Below are positions 19,518 through 29,923 of a stretch of 38,919 bases of DNA, piece by piece. Position numbers and translations under genes: made by a program. Numbering within the stretch: position 1 is the stretch's first letter; every line of letters starts with the position of its first letter. Source of the stretch: Fibrobacterales bacterium (GTDB lineage: Bacteria; Fibrobacterota; Fibrobacteria; Fibrobacterales; JAOPTW01); NCBI GenBank assembly GCA_051532055.1, contig JAOPTX010000022.1, positions 1-38,919 on the forward strand, given 5' to 3'. The notes below the pieces were generated by a model. That model saw only the letters and a program-made list of their open reading frames with translations. It had not been told where the DNA came from and made no database searches.

Positions 19518-21542
19518 TTATCGTATTAAATCAGCTTTAATAATGTAAAGGCCCTCACCAATCTGTGTATTAAATGAAAGCGTTTGATTGCCTTCGTATA
19601 ACGATTGCGCACCAAGGCTCGCTACATGATTACCCATTATATCGTATACAACAACAGAATAAACTCCAGTCTGCTGTACATCAATACCAATAACTCCATT
19701 GCTATTCACCCGGTGAATAAGAGTCCTATTTGATACTCTCTGTTCTCCAATAATAATGGGGCTAATAATACTGTCTTTGTCAGGAGCTACTCCGATAAAT
19801 TTAGTCTCAGAAGAAGAAGAAAGGCCCCCATCTTGGTCACTTGAGCTCACTCTATCTACAGACGATGAAGATTCACCAACGCTACTTTCTACTTGGCTAC
19901 TCTCATTTTCATCAGCGCTACTGAATGGTACTTCATCTTCATAATTTGCATCAGTAGGTGCCTGAGCACCAATACACGTGACGTTATCAATCAACAATTC
20001 ACTAGAGGTTCCCGTCGCACCGTATGCCTGCCAGACAAACGCATGAATATTTTTCAAATCAAGATCAGTACTGCGCTCTTTACGTACATTAGACTGCTTC
20101 AGGTTTTCCACATTGATTGTTGCCGTAGACCAGTCCTCTCTTGGGGCAACATCTGAACGGTGATACTGATCTGCATTTTCAATAGTGCCTTGAGCAACTC
20201 TAAAATGGTGAGCAGATCCTTTATAATCGTACTGAATAGCCGTACATGTGCTCAAATCCTGTGCAGTCCCCTCGGCATTAAGCGTCAAAACAATTTTTCC
20301 TGTTGGCTCCATAGGTGATCCACCATTTTTAAGGCGACAATCAACAAACTCTTGAACCGGACCAATATTATGGTCTTCAGGAAGGCCTACCTGAGGGCAT
20401 CCCGATTCAAATCCACCATAGCCATTATCAAAAACAAAAGCTGCTTGTATTGTTCCATCCTGAGGGAGCGCTTCACTCGGTGTTACTGTTGTTGCTCCAC
20501 CAGTTACTGCATCGTTCTCACTGCTCCAGGTACCACCCCAAAAACTCACCAAACCATCATCATCGAGATTATCTATTAATGCTTCTCGTGCGAGTGGAGT
20601 TCCCTGCTCTGTAACTGCTGCAGCAAAGTGCCATGGCGACACATCTTGATAATGGTGCATATGACCTTTTATCCAATCACCAATATATGAGTATGATGGA
20701 TGCCAAATACTTGACGTTTCATCTTTATCATTGATTGCCCAAGCTGCCCATGAGATACCTCTCTCATCCATCCAATCATACCAAATTTCAGTCTCTTCAA
20801 AATTGGGACTACCGCCACCTGATGCATGTACCGTTCCATATTCAGTTGCCATTAGCGGAAGGTTTGAAGCCAAAGCAACATCTCCAACCATTCGTAGTTC
20901 CTCGCGGTGTGAATCTGCATAAAAGTGGATGGTATAGCCAATATTTTCAAATTGATCAAGCGGTGACTCTGGTACATCATCAACCCGCTGAGACCACGCA
21001 CGCGTCCCTACTATGACTATGTTATCTGAATGTTCACGAATTACTGGAATCACTTGCTCAGCGAATGGCTTAATATCTTCTTTCCAATAATTATGATTGT
21101 CTTTCCCCAGTGGTTCATTATAAATTTCAAAGATTACGTTATCGTAACTCCCAAATTTTTGAGCCACATCTCTGAAAAAACCTTGCGCCGCACCGACATC
21201 TCCATGGTGTGAATGCCAATCAATAATGACATAGACTCCGCGTTCGATAGCCTGCCATATTATTTCATCACTCCACCAATCATTCGGAGTTACCGCAGCT
21301 CTCACCACATTTACTTTATAGTCGTCCACCATTGTATTAACAGTACCCTTGGTCCAAAGGTGCCCTGACCAATGACTCCAGAAAAAACTCATTCCTCTTA
21401 ATGGAACAACGAGTTCTGATTTAGCCCCGTGAATTCTATTACCACTTGCTTCTAGTTGCCCATAATAATCTACAGGTCCCGCCCAAACTGAGCTAGATAT
21501 TACACATATTGCGATGATAAATGCTTTTAGATGAATAGCCAC
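19518..21542 (-). CDS. Secreted GH5 (subfamily 2-like) endoglucanase with CBM11/CIA30-like module, Ser-rich linker and C-terminal sorting-like domain
   Basis: Signal peptide; LRGMSFFWS, YVIIDWH, IFEIYNEP, YTIHFYA, ATEYGT, ISWAAWAINDK. CBM-like DLSTCTAIQYDYKG...LLIDNV, and terminal VYDIMGNHV...EGLYII. Confidence 0.92.
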   Translation of the reverse strand: MAIHLKAFIIAICVISSSVWAGPVDYYGQLEASGNRIHGAKSELVVPLRGMSFFWSHWSGHLWTKGTVNTMVDDYKVNVVRAAVTPNDWWSDEIIWQAIERGVYVIIDWHSHHGDVGAAQGFFRDVAQKFGSYDNVIFEIYNEPLGKDNHNYWKEDIKPFAEQVIPVIREHSDNIVIVGTRAWSQRVDDVPESPLDQFENIGYTIHFYADSHREELRMVGDVALASNLPLMATEYGTVHASGGGSPNFEETEIWYDWMDERGISWAAWAINDKDETSSIWHPSYSYIGDWIKGHMHHYQDVSPWHFAAAVTEQGTPLAREALIDNLDDDGLVSFWGGTWSSENDAVTGGATTVTPSEALPQDGTIQAAFVFDNGYGGFESGCPQVGLPEDHNIGPVQEFVDCRLKNGGSPMEPTGKIVLTLNAEGTAQDLSTCTAIQYDYKGSAHHFRVAQGTIENADQYHRSDVAPREDWSTATINVENLKQSNVRKERSTDLDLKNIHAFVWQAYGATGTSSELLIDNVTCIGAQAPTDANYEDEVPFSSADENESSQVESSVGESSSSVDRVSSSDQDGGLSSSSETKFIGVAPDKDSIISPIIIGEQRVSNRTLIHRVNSNGVIGIDVQQTGVYSVVVYDIMGNHVASLGAQSLYEGNQTLSFNTQIGEGLYIIKADLIR

Positions 21543-21827
21543 ATTCTTTCCTTTTAAACTACTAGTGGTGTCTACTATGCTGTTTCGTTAGATGTAAGAA
21601 TTAATTGTGCTTTAAACATTTTGAGCAACTCCCCAAAAGTGTCCCTCTATAAAGCACCATTCTGTATCGTTAATCTATACTGAAACCCCATAAACACAAA
21701 GTAAAATTACAACATTGTGTTATATACACATAAACTAATTAACTGACTTGAGTATTTTGACCCAAAATAGGCCTTATAAATGCTATTTTGCCCATTAATG
21801 CCACTTCATTGTACCCAAAGGGACCAT

Positions 21828-22193
21828 ATGAAAAAGTCAAAAGACCCTCAAGTTCAAGCATTTCTCGATGACAAAAAAAGTTCACAGGAGCTCCACTTTT
21901 CAATTCTTCATGCACTCAGAAAGATTGTGTTCGATGCACTCCCCAATGTTGACGAACGTATGATGTATGGTGGAATCATGTTTTCAGTCGAAGATGACCT
22001 CGGTAATGATGAAGATTTTGGGGGTATATTTTCAAGTAAAAAGCATGTATCTTTCGAATTCTCACAAGGATACACTCTCAATGATCCTAAAAACATACTT
22101 GAAGGGAGTGGTAAATATCGCCGTCATTTGAAAATTAAGGCACTCAAAGACATCACTGATAAAGATGCAGCATTTTATGTAAAGCAAATATAG
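21828..22193 (+). CDS. DUF1801 (YdhG-like) domain protein
   Basis: LRKIV...ERMMYGG...KHVSFEFSQG...DPKNILEGSGKYRRHLKI. ATG 21828 follows AGGGA. Confidence 0.85.
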   Translation: MKKSKDPQVQAFLDDKKSSQELHFSILHALRKIVFDALPNVDERMMYGGIMFSVEDDLGNDEDFGGIFSSKKHVSFEFSQGYTLNDPKNILEGSGKYRRHLKIKALKDITDKDAAFYVKQI

Positions 22194-22271
22194 CCCCTAG
22201 ACCATTGTAAATACTTAGGCATAATGTAATTTTCAATGTATCTCACACTATACCTTTAAAGGATCCTATCC

Positions 22272-22691
22272 ATGTCTCAAAGCAGTGGCTCTATTAGCGT
22301 TGGTGTTGGCGTACTCATCATCCGAAACAATCAAGTACTCCTTGGTGAACGCAAAGGTGCACACGGTGAAGGAACATGGGCACTCCCTGGCGGTCATTTA
22401 GAATTTGGTGAAACTATCACAGAATGTGCTGCACGAGAAGTTCTTGAAGAAACAGGATTAGTGATTGAGAATGTTGGGCATGCAGGATTCACTACTGATA
22501 TTTTCTCAGACATACAGAAGCAATATGTCACCCTCTTTGCCCTAGCCCATAACCCTACGGGCGAACCTGAAACATTAGAACCGAACAAATGCCTAGGGTG
22601 GCATTGGTTCTCGTGGGATAGTCTCCCGAGCCCACTCTTTGCCCCTTTAGAATCTCTCATTGCCCAAGGGTACACCCCTGGAACCACTTAA
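22272..22691 (+). CDS. Nudix hydrolase (NUDT15/MutT-like)
   Basis: Nudix box GGHLEFGETITECAAREVLEETGL, with VGVGV..., RKGAHGEG and EPNKCLGWHWF. Confidence 0.93.
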   Translation: MSQSSGSISVGVGVLIIRNNQVLLGERKGAHGEGTWALPGGHLEFGETITECAAREVLEETGLVIENVGHAGFTTDIFSDIQKQYVTLFALAHNPTGEPETLEPNKCLGWHWFSWDSLPSPLFAPLESLIAQGYTPGTT

Positions 22692-22701
22692 AAAGAAAGT
22701 T

Positions 22702-24267
22702 CTACCAATCTATTGGGAAATAGTCCTTTAAGAACTGACCACTCCAGTGCTTTCCTGTTAGAATACCATCGATGAGTGGATCACAAATGCGGGCCGCACC
22801 ATCGACAATATCGAGGGGCGGTTGAAAATCATGTACTTTCTCTTTAAACTCTGCGAGATGCACTGGATCTTCATCAGTTACCCATCCAGTATCCACCGCA
22901 TTCATATAGATTCCATATTGAGTGAGTTCAGATGCTGAAGTATGAGTTAACATATTGAGAGCAGCTTTTGCCATATTCGTGTGTGGATGACGATCACTCT
23001 TTTTGAAACGGAAGAATTTACCTTCCATGGCCGATACATTGACGATATGTTTACAACCCGTATTTTCTCGTTTCATCATCTCAACTAAACGATTACATAA
23101 CACAAACGGAGCGACCGCATTAACCAATTGCAATTCGAGCATTTCTGAAGCTTTAATCTCACCCAAGCGTAAACGCCATGAGTTGGTAGTGCGCAAGTCT
23201 ACCTGTTGTAAATCAACATCAAGCTTGCCCTCTGGGAATAGTTTTTCTGGCTCTGTTAACGGGTAGTCATTGGTATAAGGCATTTGAGACAAGTGCGCTG
23301 AGTGTTCAAGGCCCATATTTACACCCATCTGATCATTCGTCCATGAGATAGGCAGTGCTTTATCTTCGGTTAAATCATTATGTGTAAAATCAGTCAGTGT
23401 CTTGATACATGACCGGAAACTACTCAACAGTTTTTGGGTCTGCATATCTTGTGTATCAAAAGGCTCCATCTCTAAATCCATAAGATGCTTATAGAAATTG
23501 GGTGGGCGCCGTACGGTCTGTGCCGCATTATTTATGAGGATATCCATACGATCAAATTTTTCTTCGATATGAGTACAGAAGTTCTCTACACTAGGCGTGT
23601 GTCGTAAATCAAGTCCATAAATATGGAGGCGCTCTCCCCATTTTTTAAAATGAGGTTCTTTTGCAAAACGTTTTGCCGAGTCTATGGGGAATCTTGTAGT
23701 AGCAACAACCGTTGCTCCTGATTCCAAAAGCATTAAGGTTGCCTGATATCCAATTTTTAAACGAGATCCTGTAATTACCGCCACCTGACCGGTGAGATCA
23801 CAGCGCTGAAAACGTTTTAGGTAATTTAAATCACCACACTTTTTACACATGGCATCGTAAAACGGATGAAGCGTTGAAAACTTCGCTTTACATACATAAC
23901 AGTTACGAGGAGAATCAAGCTTCACGAGTTCTTTATTTTTATCAACACCCGCATATTCAATTTGCATGGGTGCCGTAAATATAGTCGCTTCACGAGCTGA
24001 ACGGATTCCGGTCTGAGCACGAGCGGAACGCTCTCTCTCTTTACTCTTTAATTTCTGCTGTTCTTTTAATGCTTGTTTTTGCTCTTTACTCGCTTTACGA
24101 TCTGGACGAGAAAAAGTACCTGCAGCTTTTCTTAATTCAATAACCTGTTCTTTATCGAGTGAGTTAAACTGTTCTGGTGAACTATTTAATGTTTCTAATA
24201 CTCGAATACAATTTTTCAGCTCTTCTGCAGTGAGTTCAGGCTGGACACTATTTTCATCAGGATTCAT
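22702..24267 (-). CDS. Extended SDR-family oxidoreductase with N-terminal four-Cys motif
   Basis: [43 protein letters not shown] and MNAVDTGWV, with CYVC...CKKC upstream. Confidence 0.9.
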   Translation of the reverse strand: MNPDENSVQPELTAEELKNCIRVLETLNSSPEQFNSLDKEQVIELRKAAGTFSRPDRKASKEQKQALKEQQKLKSKERERSARAQTGIRSAREATIFTAPMQIEYAGVDKNKELVKLDSPRNCYVCKAKFSTLHPFYDAMCKKCGDLNYLKRFQRCDLTGQVAVITGSRLKIGYQATLMLLESGATVVATTRFPIDSAKRFAKEPHFKKWGERLHIYGLDLRHTPSVENFCTHIEEKFDRMDILINNAAQTVRRPPNFYKHLMDLEMEPFDTQDMQTQKLLSSFRSCIKTLTDFTHNDLTEDKALPISWTNDQMGVNMGLEHSAHLSQMPYTNDYPLTEPEKLFPEGKLDVDLQQVDLRTTNSWRLRLGEIKASEMLELQLVNAVAPFVLCNRLVEMMKRENTGCKHIVNVSAMEGKFFRFKKSDRHPHTNMAKAALNMLTHTSASELTQYGIYMNAVDTGWVTDEDPVHLAEFKEKVHDFQPPLDIVDGAARICDPLIDGILTGKHWSGQFLKDYFPIDW

Positions 24268-24426
24268 AAAGCTCTTCTCAAAAGGACGATATGGGTATTT
24301 AAAGGTACCCTTTATTCAATTCCACCCAAATATACCTAAATATTCAGTAAAGTATATAGGAGGTGGCACAAAGCACCATCAATTGAATAAGTATTAGGAC
24401 AGGTTTTTTAGTTTTTGGCTATTTAA

Positions 24427-24443
24427 GGGTGACAGAGCCACCC
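24427..24443 (-). terminator. Probable intrinsic terminator hairpin after the RIO kinase gene
   Basis: Minus-strand GGGTGGC-TCT-GTCACCC stem 26 nt downstream of the stop at 24470, with only a weak U-tract. Confidence 0.4.
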
Positions 24444-24469
24444 ATAAACACTTTTTTAGATAGGAACCT

Positions 24470-25321
24470 TTAAGAAGCTCGAGCAGCAGCTCGCGCCTTC
24501 ATATATTCAGCTTCTTCACGTGCTTCATTAATAGCCTCAAGAACGGCATTAACGTTGATATCTTTCTTGCTGCGTTTAAAAGTACCGGTCAAGATAGTAT
24601 CATGGGTTAGATTACCCGCTTTGTATATGGACCACATCTCTCTACCGTATTCGGTTTTTTTGAGACAAGGGGCATACTGACTAAAAAAGTCTCTGAGATT
24701 ATCCAAATCGCGTATTAAATAGGCGCCAGCGTTATTGTTGCTGGCTGCATCAACTGCCTGAGGGAAGTCGATGATGACTGGACCATTCTCATCAACAAGA
24801 ACATTATATTCAGACAAATCACCATGAACAATACCTGCACAGAGCATAACGAGTACATCGACAATCAATTTGCTAAAGTAATCCATCGCTTCGTCTTGAG
24901 TAAGCTCTACATCAAGAAGACGTGGTGCGACATCGCCATCATCACCAACAATCAATTCCATTAATAACACGCCATCCATACAGATATACGGTTCAGGTAC
25001 ATTAACACCAGCATCCGATACTTTGAACAGTGCATCAACTTCAGCATTCTGCCAAGCCGCTTCAATCTCTTTACGCCCAAACTTCGTGCGTTTTTCCATT
25101 GCTCTAGCTTTACGGCTATTCTGAACCTTACGGCCTTCTTGATACCCTGCTTGTTTTTTGAAATTTCGTTTTGTGATATCTTTATAGACTTTAGCACAGC
25201 GATACTCGCCCTGAGAATATACCACGAAAACATCGGCTTCTTTTCCGCTGGTTAATGGTTTGATTACATCGTCAATAAGTCCGTCTCGGACCATTCCTTC
25301 AAGGCGTTTTGGTAATTTCAT
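24470..25321 (-). CDS. RIO1-like Ser/Thr protein kinase (PA4780 family)
   Basis: SGKEADVF, CAKVYK, GVLLMEL, IVHGDLSEYNVL and VIIDFPQAV. Confidence 0.95.
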   Translation of the reverse strand: MKLPKRLEGMVRDGLIDDVIKPLTSGKEADVFVVYSQGEYRCAKVYKDITKRNFKKQAGYQEGRKVQNSRKARAMEKRTKFGRKEIEAAWQNAEVDALFKVSDAGVNVPEPYICMDGVLLMELIVGDDGDVAPRLLDVELTQDEAMDYFSKLIVDVLVMLCAGIVHGDLSEYNVLVDENGPVIIDFPQAVDAASNNNAGAYLIRDLDNLRDFFSQYAPCLKKTEYGREMWSIYKAGNLTHDTILTGTFKRSKKDINVNAVLEAINEAREEAEYMKARAAARAS

Positions 25322-25665
25322 CTATCCTGGAATCTGCTTAAGTGTATAATTGTCTGTTCAATTTACAATTTATTAAAATATTAGACAATTATCAGTACAA
25401 TTAGGGTTTGATTTTTGGCAAATCACATCTATTGCCTAAAAAAGCTCAGAAAAGGGGATTCTCTATAGTTTTTTTTAGCACTACGGGCAGATTCCCGTAC
25501 AAAGCATCCATCCATACATTCCTGTCAAGGCTATAGTCTTTTTATTAATCAGAATAAATGGAGAATGTATACCATTTATGATTTTGATACACTTTTAAGG
25601 ACTACTCTAAAAATTCTTTTTATTAATTTTGCGATACATTAAATTGAGTACATGGATATGGTTAT

Positions 25666-25953
25666 ATGGCGCTGATACATAAAGACGAATTAACATACAA
25701 CGATTACAGCTGGACAATCTACAGAGGTGATGATCCTCGAGTCACAGGTGTACCCGATGATACACTGTTTACCCCCACTGAAGGTCATGAACTTTTGTAT
25801 TTAATAAACAAAATGGCAAAGATTAATAATTTTAAAAAACTATTTTCTGGTCTCAAAGTTGAACGCATGGTACGCCAATCATTACCTGAAGAAATCGAGA
25901 CTCAACTGGAAGTCATGCAGTGGGTTGGCAAAAACTGGAATTCTTTTACCTAG
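25666..25953 (+). CDS. Small hypothetical protein
   Basis: Clean 95-aa ATG ORF filling an otherwise empty gap (YSWT...DDPRVTGVPDDTLF...EGHELLYLIN...VGKNW). Function not recognised. Confidence 0.65.
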   Translation: MALIHKDELTYNDYSWTIYRGDDPRVTGVPDDTLFTPTEGHELLYLINKMAKINNFKKLFSGLKVERMVRQSLPEEIETQLEVMQWVGKNWNSFT

Positions 25954-25992
25954 TCCCTTCTCTGAGCAGTTTACTGTTATCAAATGAGAGTC

Positions 25993-26673
25993 TTATTTTT
26001 TAATCCAAAGGGTTATTGCCTGCTGGATCTCTTTGTAAGCTTGCTCTTGTGGAACCCCAGAACGTTTTAACACTTTATGAGAATGGTCTCCACTCTCAAC
26101 GATATAGAGGGTCGCCTGTTCAAGAGCGTCAGTTACTTCAGTTATCAAATCTACTTTTGCAAAGGTATCACGGGTCCCTTGTATAAATAACATGGGTACT
26201 TGAATATTTTTGAGATGTGCAGCGCGTTCAATACCTATCTTACCCGGAGCATGTAACGGAAATCCAAAGTAGAGTAATCCTTTAATGCCCATTGCTTGCT
26301 CTGCTTCGGCCAAAGACGCCATACGACCCCCCATAGATTTACCGGCTACCCATATTTTTGTAGTACTTTTACCAATAGTGTCTTTATATACTTCTTTAGA
26401 TTTATCTACCGCACGACGTATGGTATCAGTCAACACTGGCGCTTTACTCGGGCCACCTTTTCCATTTTCTAAATAACCAAAGTTAAATCGAAATACAGCA
26501 AGGCCAAGACCCGTAAGAATATCAGTATAGTCCTGCATCGATCCATGAGTCATTGGTGCACCGGCACCATGGGCAAACACAACCATACCTTTACTCTTTT
26601 CAGGAGCTTCAAACAGATAGCTCACCGCACCTGGCTTGCAATCTACGGGAAATGTTCCCTTTACAATATTCAT
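25993..26673 (-). CDS. Alpha/beta-hydrolase (KANL3/Tex30-like family)
   Basis: AHGAGAPM, nucleophile elbow GKSMGGR, GFPLHAPG, QGTRD and GDHS. ATG 26673 (MNIVKG) is the more plausible start. Confidence 0.9.
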   Translation of the reverse strand: MNIVKGTFPVDCKPGAVSYLFEAPEKSKGMVVFAHGAGAPMTHGSMQDYTDILTGLGLAVFRFNFGYLENGKGGPSKAPVLTDTIRRAVDKSKEVYKDTIGKSTTKIWVAGKSMGGRMASLAEAEQAMGIKGLLYFGFPLHAPGKIGIERAAHLKNIQVPMLFIQGTRDTFAKVDLITEVTDALEQATLYIVESGDHSHKVLKRSGVPQEQAYKEIQQAITLWIKK

Positions 26674-26840
26674 TTGAGGCCTTGGTTGAATTCTTAAATA
26701 GTATGACAAAAATAGAAACAACACAGGTGTATATCAGTATTTATCTGCGCGTCAATTGTCAAATTTGCAAGGCTATTTGTTGGGGGCTTTTCTTAGTAAC
26801 TACATTGAGTCGTTATGCTGACATCATTGAAATAGCATAC

Positions 26841-27716
26841 TTAAGATTTATTATGGATAATGAACTGATCTGTTTTATGCTGACTCTTCCTGAAAGTCGA
26901 GGGCGTCTGTCCTATAATTTCTTTAAATTTATGACTAAAATAGGCAGTATCACTAAACTCGCATTTACACGCAATCTCTGTAATGTTTAATTCCGATCGA
27001 GAGAGTAAATTAATCGCTTCACTTATTTTTCTATTCAGGAGGTAATCCTTGAAGGATATTTGAAAATAAGATTTAAAGAGTCGAGAGAAATGAAATCGAG
27101 AAATATTGCACAGGGTTGCCGCCTCATCAAGTGTGATTGAAAATCTTTGCGTATCTTCAAGATGCATTAACAATGGATGTATCTTGGCCATAGTTTTATG
27201 CTGTTCCAATCGATCTTCATGTATCCCAAGAGATACTAATTTGTCATGAATAATAAGGAGCAACAGTCGCATTATCGTTTTTCTTGTCGGGTGTTGAATG
27301 AGGTCGTCACCCAATTGAAGAAGCCAATCGAGCAGTACATCTATACGAGAATTTTCTTCGTGATTCAACTCTATCACCAGCGGCCTGTTTCCGAGAGAAT
27401 TAAAAACCTCAAGATCCAGGTCAGTGTAAATACTCTTATCAAACTGGAGTAAAAATATTTTTTTTTCAGCTTCAGTTAGATACATTTCGTGAACCGCCAT
27501 TGAAGGCACAAATACCAAACTGTTCGCTTTTATTCTATACACCTTCTGGTTTATTATGAATCGTCCTTGAGCTTTCTTGAATTTCATTATTTCGGGCATC
27601 ATATGAAAATGAGCTTGGCACCCTACTGTAAGACGCTCTTTCGGCTCAAAATAGCGCAATCCGATTTTTTGGGTTGGTGGCAACCGGATATTTTCATAAA
27701 CAATTAAATTTTCCAT
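26841..27716 (-). CDS. AraC-family transcriptional regulator
   Basis: Cupin-like HFHMMPEI...VHE sensor, and HTH motifs TLDEAATLCNISRFHFSRLFK and NITEIACKCEFSDTAYFSHKFKEIIGQTPSTFR. Confidence 0.95.
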   Translation of the reverse strand: MENLIVYENIRLPPTQKIGLRYFEPKERLTVGCQAHFHMMPEIMKFKKAQGRFIINQKVYRIKANSLVFVPSMAVHEMYLTEAEKKIFLLQFDKSIYTDLDLEVFNSLGNRPLVIELNHEENSRIDVLLDWLLQLGDDLIQHPTRKTIMRLLLLIIHDKLVSLGIHEDRLEQHKTMAKIHPLLMHLEDTQRFSITLDEAATLCNISRFHFSRLFKSYFQISFKDYLLNRKISEAINLLSRSELNITEIACKCEFSDTAYFSHKFKEIIGQTPSTFRKSQHKTDQFIIHNKS

Positions 27717-27999
27717 AATGTCTACTTGCTCTCAATCTAAGATGTGAATTGAAACATTTAGGGACGGCGTACAGCATCTCATACCAGTATGAAACATATC
27801 TTTCAAAAATCATTTTGCAAACATAAAAGAAGCAACATTATAACTGTTAACAATAAAACCCCATTTCTTGGCACACCAAATGGCACATAAGATGCCCCAC
27901 AAAAGATAGGATTGTAAACTCAACACAACATTCTAGATAATCCAAGCCCCTCGCCTTTAACTATGGTATTATCCTCTACATACACTATTTGAGGTACTC

Positions 28000-28773
28000 A
28001 TGAAATTAACGAATAATACCATATTAATTACTGGTGGCTCCAGTGGCATTGGATTTCAAATGGCAAAGGTGTTACTCAAGCGTAACAACGTAGTCATTAT
28101 CACAGGGCGCAACCAAGAGAAACTTGATGATGTTAAATCGCGACTTCCTGGTATTACCACTATCCAAAGTGATGTGAGTAACCCACAGGATGTCCAAGAG
28201 CTCTATACTCAGGTATCAACAGAGTACCCTGACCTTAATATCCTCATCAATAATGCAGGTATTATGTGGACTATTAATTTACAGGATCACTCATACAATC
28301 TCGAAGAACTCACCAAAGAGCTTGATATTAATGTAAAGGGTACCATTTGGATGAACGATTTGTTCCTCCCTCTCCTCAAGAAAAATAAAAACAGTGCAAC
28401 GGTTACTGTCTCCTCTGGCCTTGCGTTTGTGCCCCTCCCTATTTCACCAGTCTATTGCGCAACCAAGGCAGCGCTCCATTCATACACTCAATCATTGAGA
28501 GAGCAGCTCTGTAATAGTGATGTGAGTGTATTTGAGCTGGCTCCGCCAGCTACAGCTACTGAGTTACTCGACACCTTTGATGAAGAGAATCTTAAAGGCA
28601 TTAGCGTAATGAGTGTTAAGGACATGGTAGATGCATTCATGGTAGGCTTTGCTAAAAACCGATTAGAGATACGCCCTGGTCAATCAAATCAGTTGAGATT
28701 TATGAGTCGCTTTTTTCCGAGGTTCATTTTAAAACAGATGAGTAAGACTGTCCAAACGATGCACGCAAAATAG
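28000..28773 (+). CDS. Short-chain dehydrogenase, DltE-like
   Basis: RBS GAGGT; ILITGGSSGIG, LINNAG, VSSGLAFVP, catalytic YCATK and ELAPP. Confidence 0.93.
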   Translation: MKLTNNTILITGGSSGIGFQMAKVLLKRNNVVIITGRNQEKLDDVKSRLPGITTIQSDVSNPQDVQELYTQVSTEYPDLNILINNAGIMWTINLQDHSYNLEELTKELDINVKGTIWMNDLFLPLLKKNKNSATVTVSSGLAFVPLPISPVYCATKAALHSYTQSLREQLCNSDVSVFELAPPATATELLDTFDEENLKGISVMSVKDMVDAFMVGFAKNRLEIRPGQSNQLRFMSRFFPRFILKQMSKTVQTMHAK

Positions 28774-28789
28774 AGAGGCACATCACCAC

Positions 28790-29923
28790 CTACAATCCCA
28801 AAGAATTGAGGTAGGTCATGTTTGTCTTAATAGTTTCATGGGGATCAAGAGTATGATCATGCTCAATAAAATAGTATTGATTGGGGTTTGCCAATAAAGC
28901 GGGTAATATAGTTGGGTAATCAATGTTACCTTCACCCAAATCTAATACGGTCTCGGCGCCAGGTGCGTCGAGGTCTTTAAGGTGAAATAGAGGAAAGCGT
29001 TCTGGAGCATGGGAGTAGTACTTCAACGGGTCAATGCCCGATTTATAGGCCCATGCAACATCCAATTGAAAAGAGACTAAATCCGGATCAGTGTCAGCCA
29101 TCAATACTTCGTAAGGTATCTCACCATCAATTGTTTCAAATTCAAATTCATGATTATGATACACCATTGTTAAGCCATTCTCTTTGAGTGTCGCACCCCA
29201 AACGTTTAATTCCTGAGCTAATGCCCTATACTGTTCAATAGTTTCTCGCTCAGTAGGAGCTAACCACGCCAACACCATAAAACTCGCTTTTAGCGTATTT
29301 GCACTAGCCATTAACTCGGGTAAGCTATCTCTAAGCGGGCCCGTTAAATGATGCGTTGATATAAAATCAACACCAATCTCTTGCCCCCACTCATAGAAGG
29401 TCTCAGCGGTATTCCCATAGTATCCAGCTAATTCTATCTGGTCGTATCCTGAGTCTTTAATGTATTGTAATGTCTCTTTAAAGCGCTCATCAAGATCCGT
29501 CCTGAAGGTATACATCTGCACTCCCCATACGGTTTCAGAAGAGCTGAGTGTCAGTTCTATAGAAGATGATTGCGATTCTGAAGATATCAAGACTGATGAC
29601 GACCGTTGATCCGAAGATACTTCATCATCATCAGAAGAGCGCTCCACTGAGGAATTCGTGATTGATGAAGATCCTTGAACAACAGATGACTCTCCTTCTT
29701 CAGAAGGGGATGAGACAAAAGAAGATACTGATTCAAAAGACTCTACGTTTTCACTCGATTCATATACACTTGAACCATTTGCACTTGAATTGTTTGCGCT
29801 CGACTCATGGACACTTGATACACCTATTTCACCTGGATTAATTTCATTAGAACATGAAGATATCAGTATTGAATAAACCAATAAGCACCCTAAAACCAAT
29901 ACTACGTTACTACTCACCTTCAT
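28790..29923 (-). CDS. Lipoprotein with Ser-rich linker and xylose-isomerase-like TIM barrel (sugar phosphate isomerase/epimerase family)
   Basis: Lipobox ISSC, ~110-aa Ser-rich tract, then GVQMYTFR, YHNHEFEF, QLDVAW, FHLKD, LGEGNID and IEHD metal-ligand pattern. Confidence 0.88.
   Translation of the reverse strand: MKVSSNVVLVLGCLLVYSILISSCSNEINPGEIGVSSVHESSANNSSANGSSVYESSENVESFESVSSFVSSPSEEGESSVVQGSSSITNSSVERSSDDDEVSSDQRSSSVLISSESQSSSIELTLSSSETVWGVQMYTFRTDLDERFKETLQYIKDSGYDQIELAGYYGNTAETFYEWGQEIGVDFISTHHLTGPLRDSLPELMASANTLKASFMVLAWLAPTERETIEQYRALAQELNVWGATLKENGLTMVYHNHEFEFETIDGEIPYEVLMADTDPDLVSFQLDVAWAYKSGIDPLKYYSHAPERFPLFHLKDLDAPGAETVLDLGEGNIDYPTILPALLANPNQYYFIEHDHTLDPHETIKTNMTYLNSLGL

Noticed and set aside
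26553..26990. 145-aa plus-strand ORF
   Set aside because: Overlaps two well-supported minus-strand genes and has no recognisable features.
21780..28773. Integron-like run of small standalone genes (DUF1801, Nudix, hydrolase, SDR)
   Set aside because: Mixed orientations, no repeated attC-like sites seen and no integrase.
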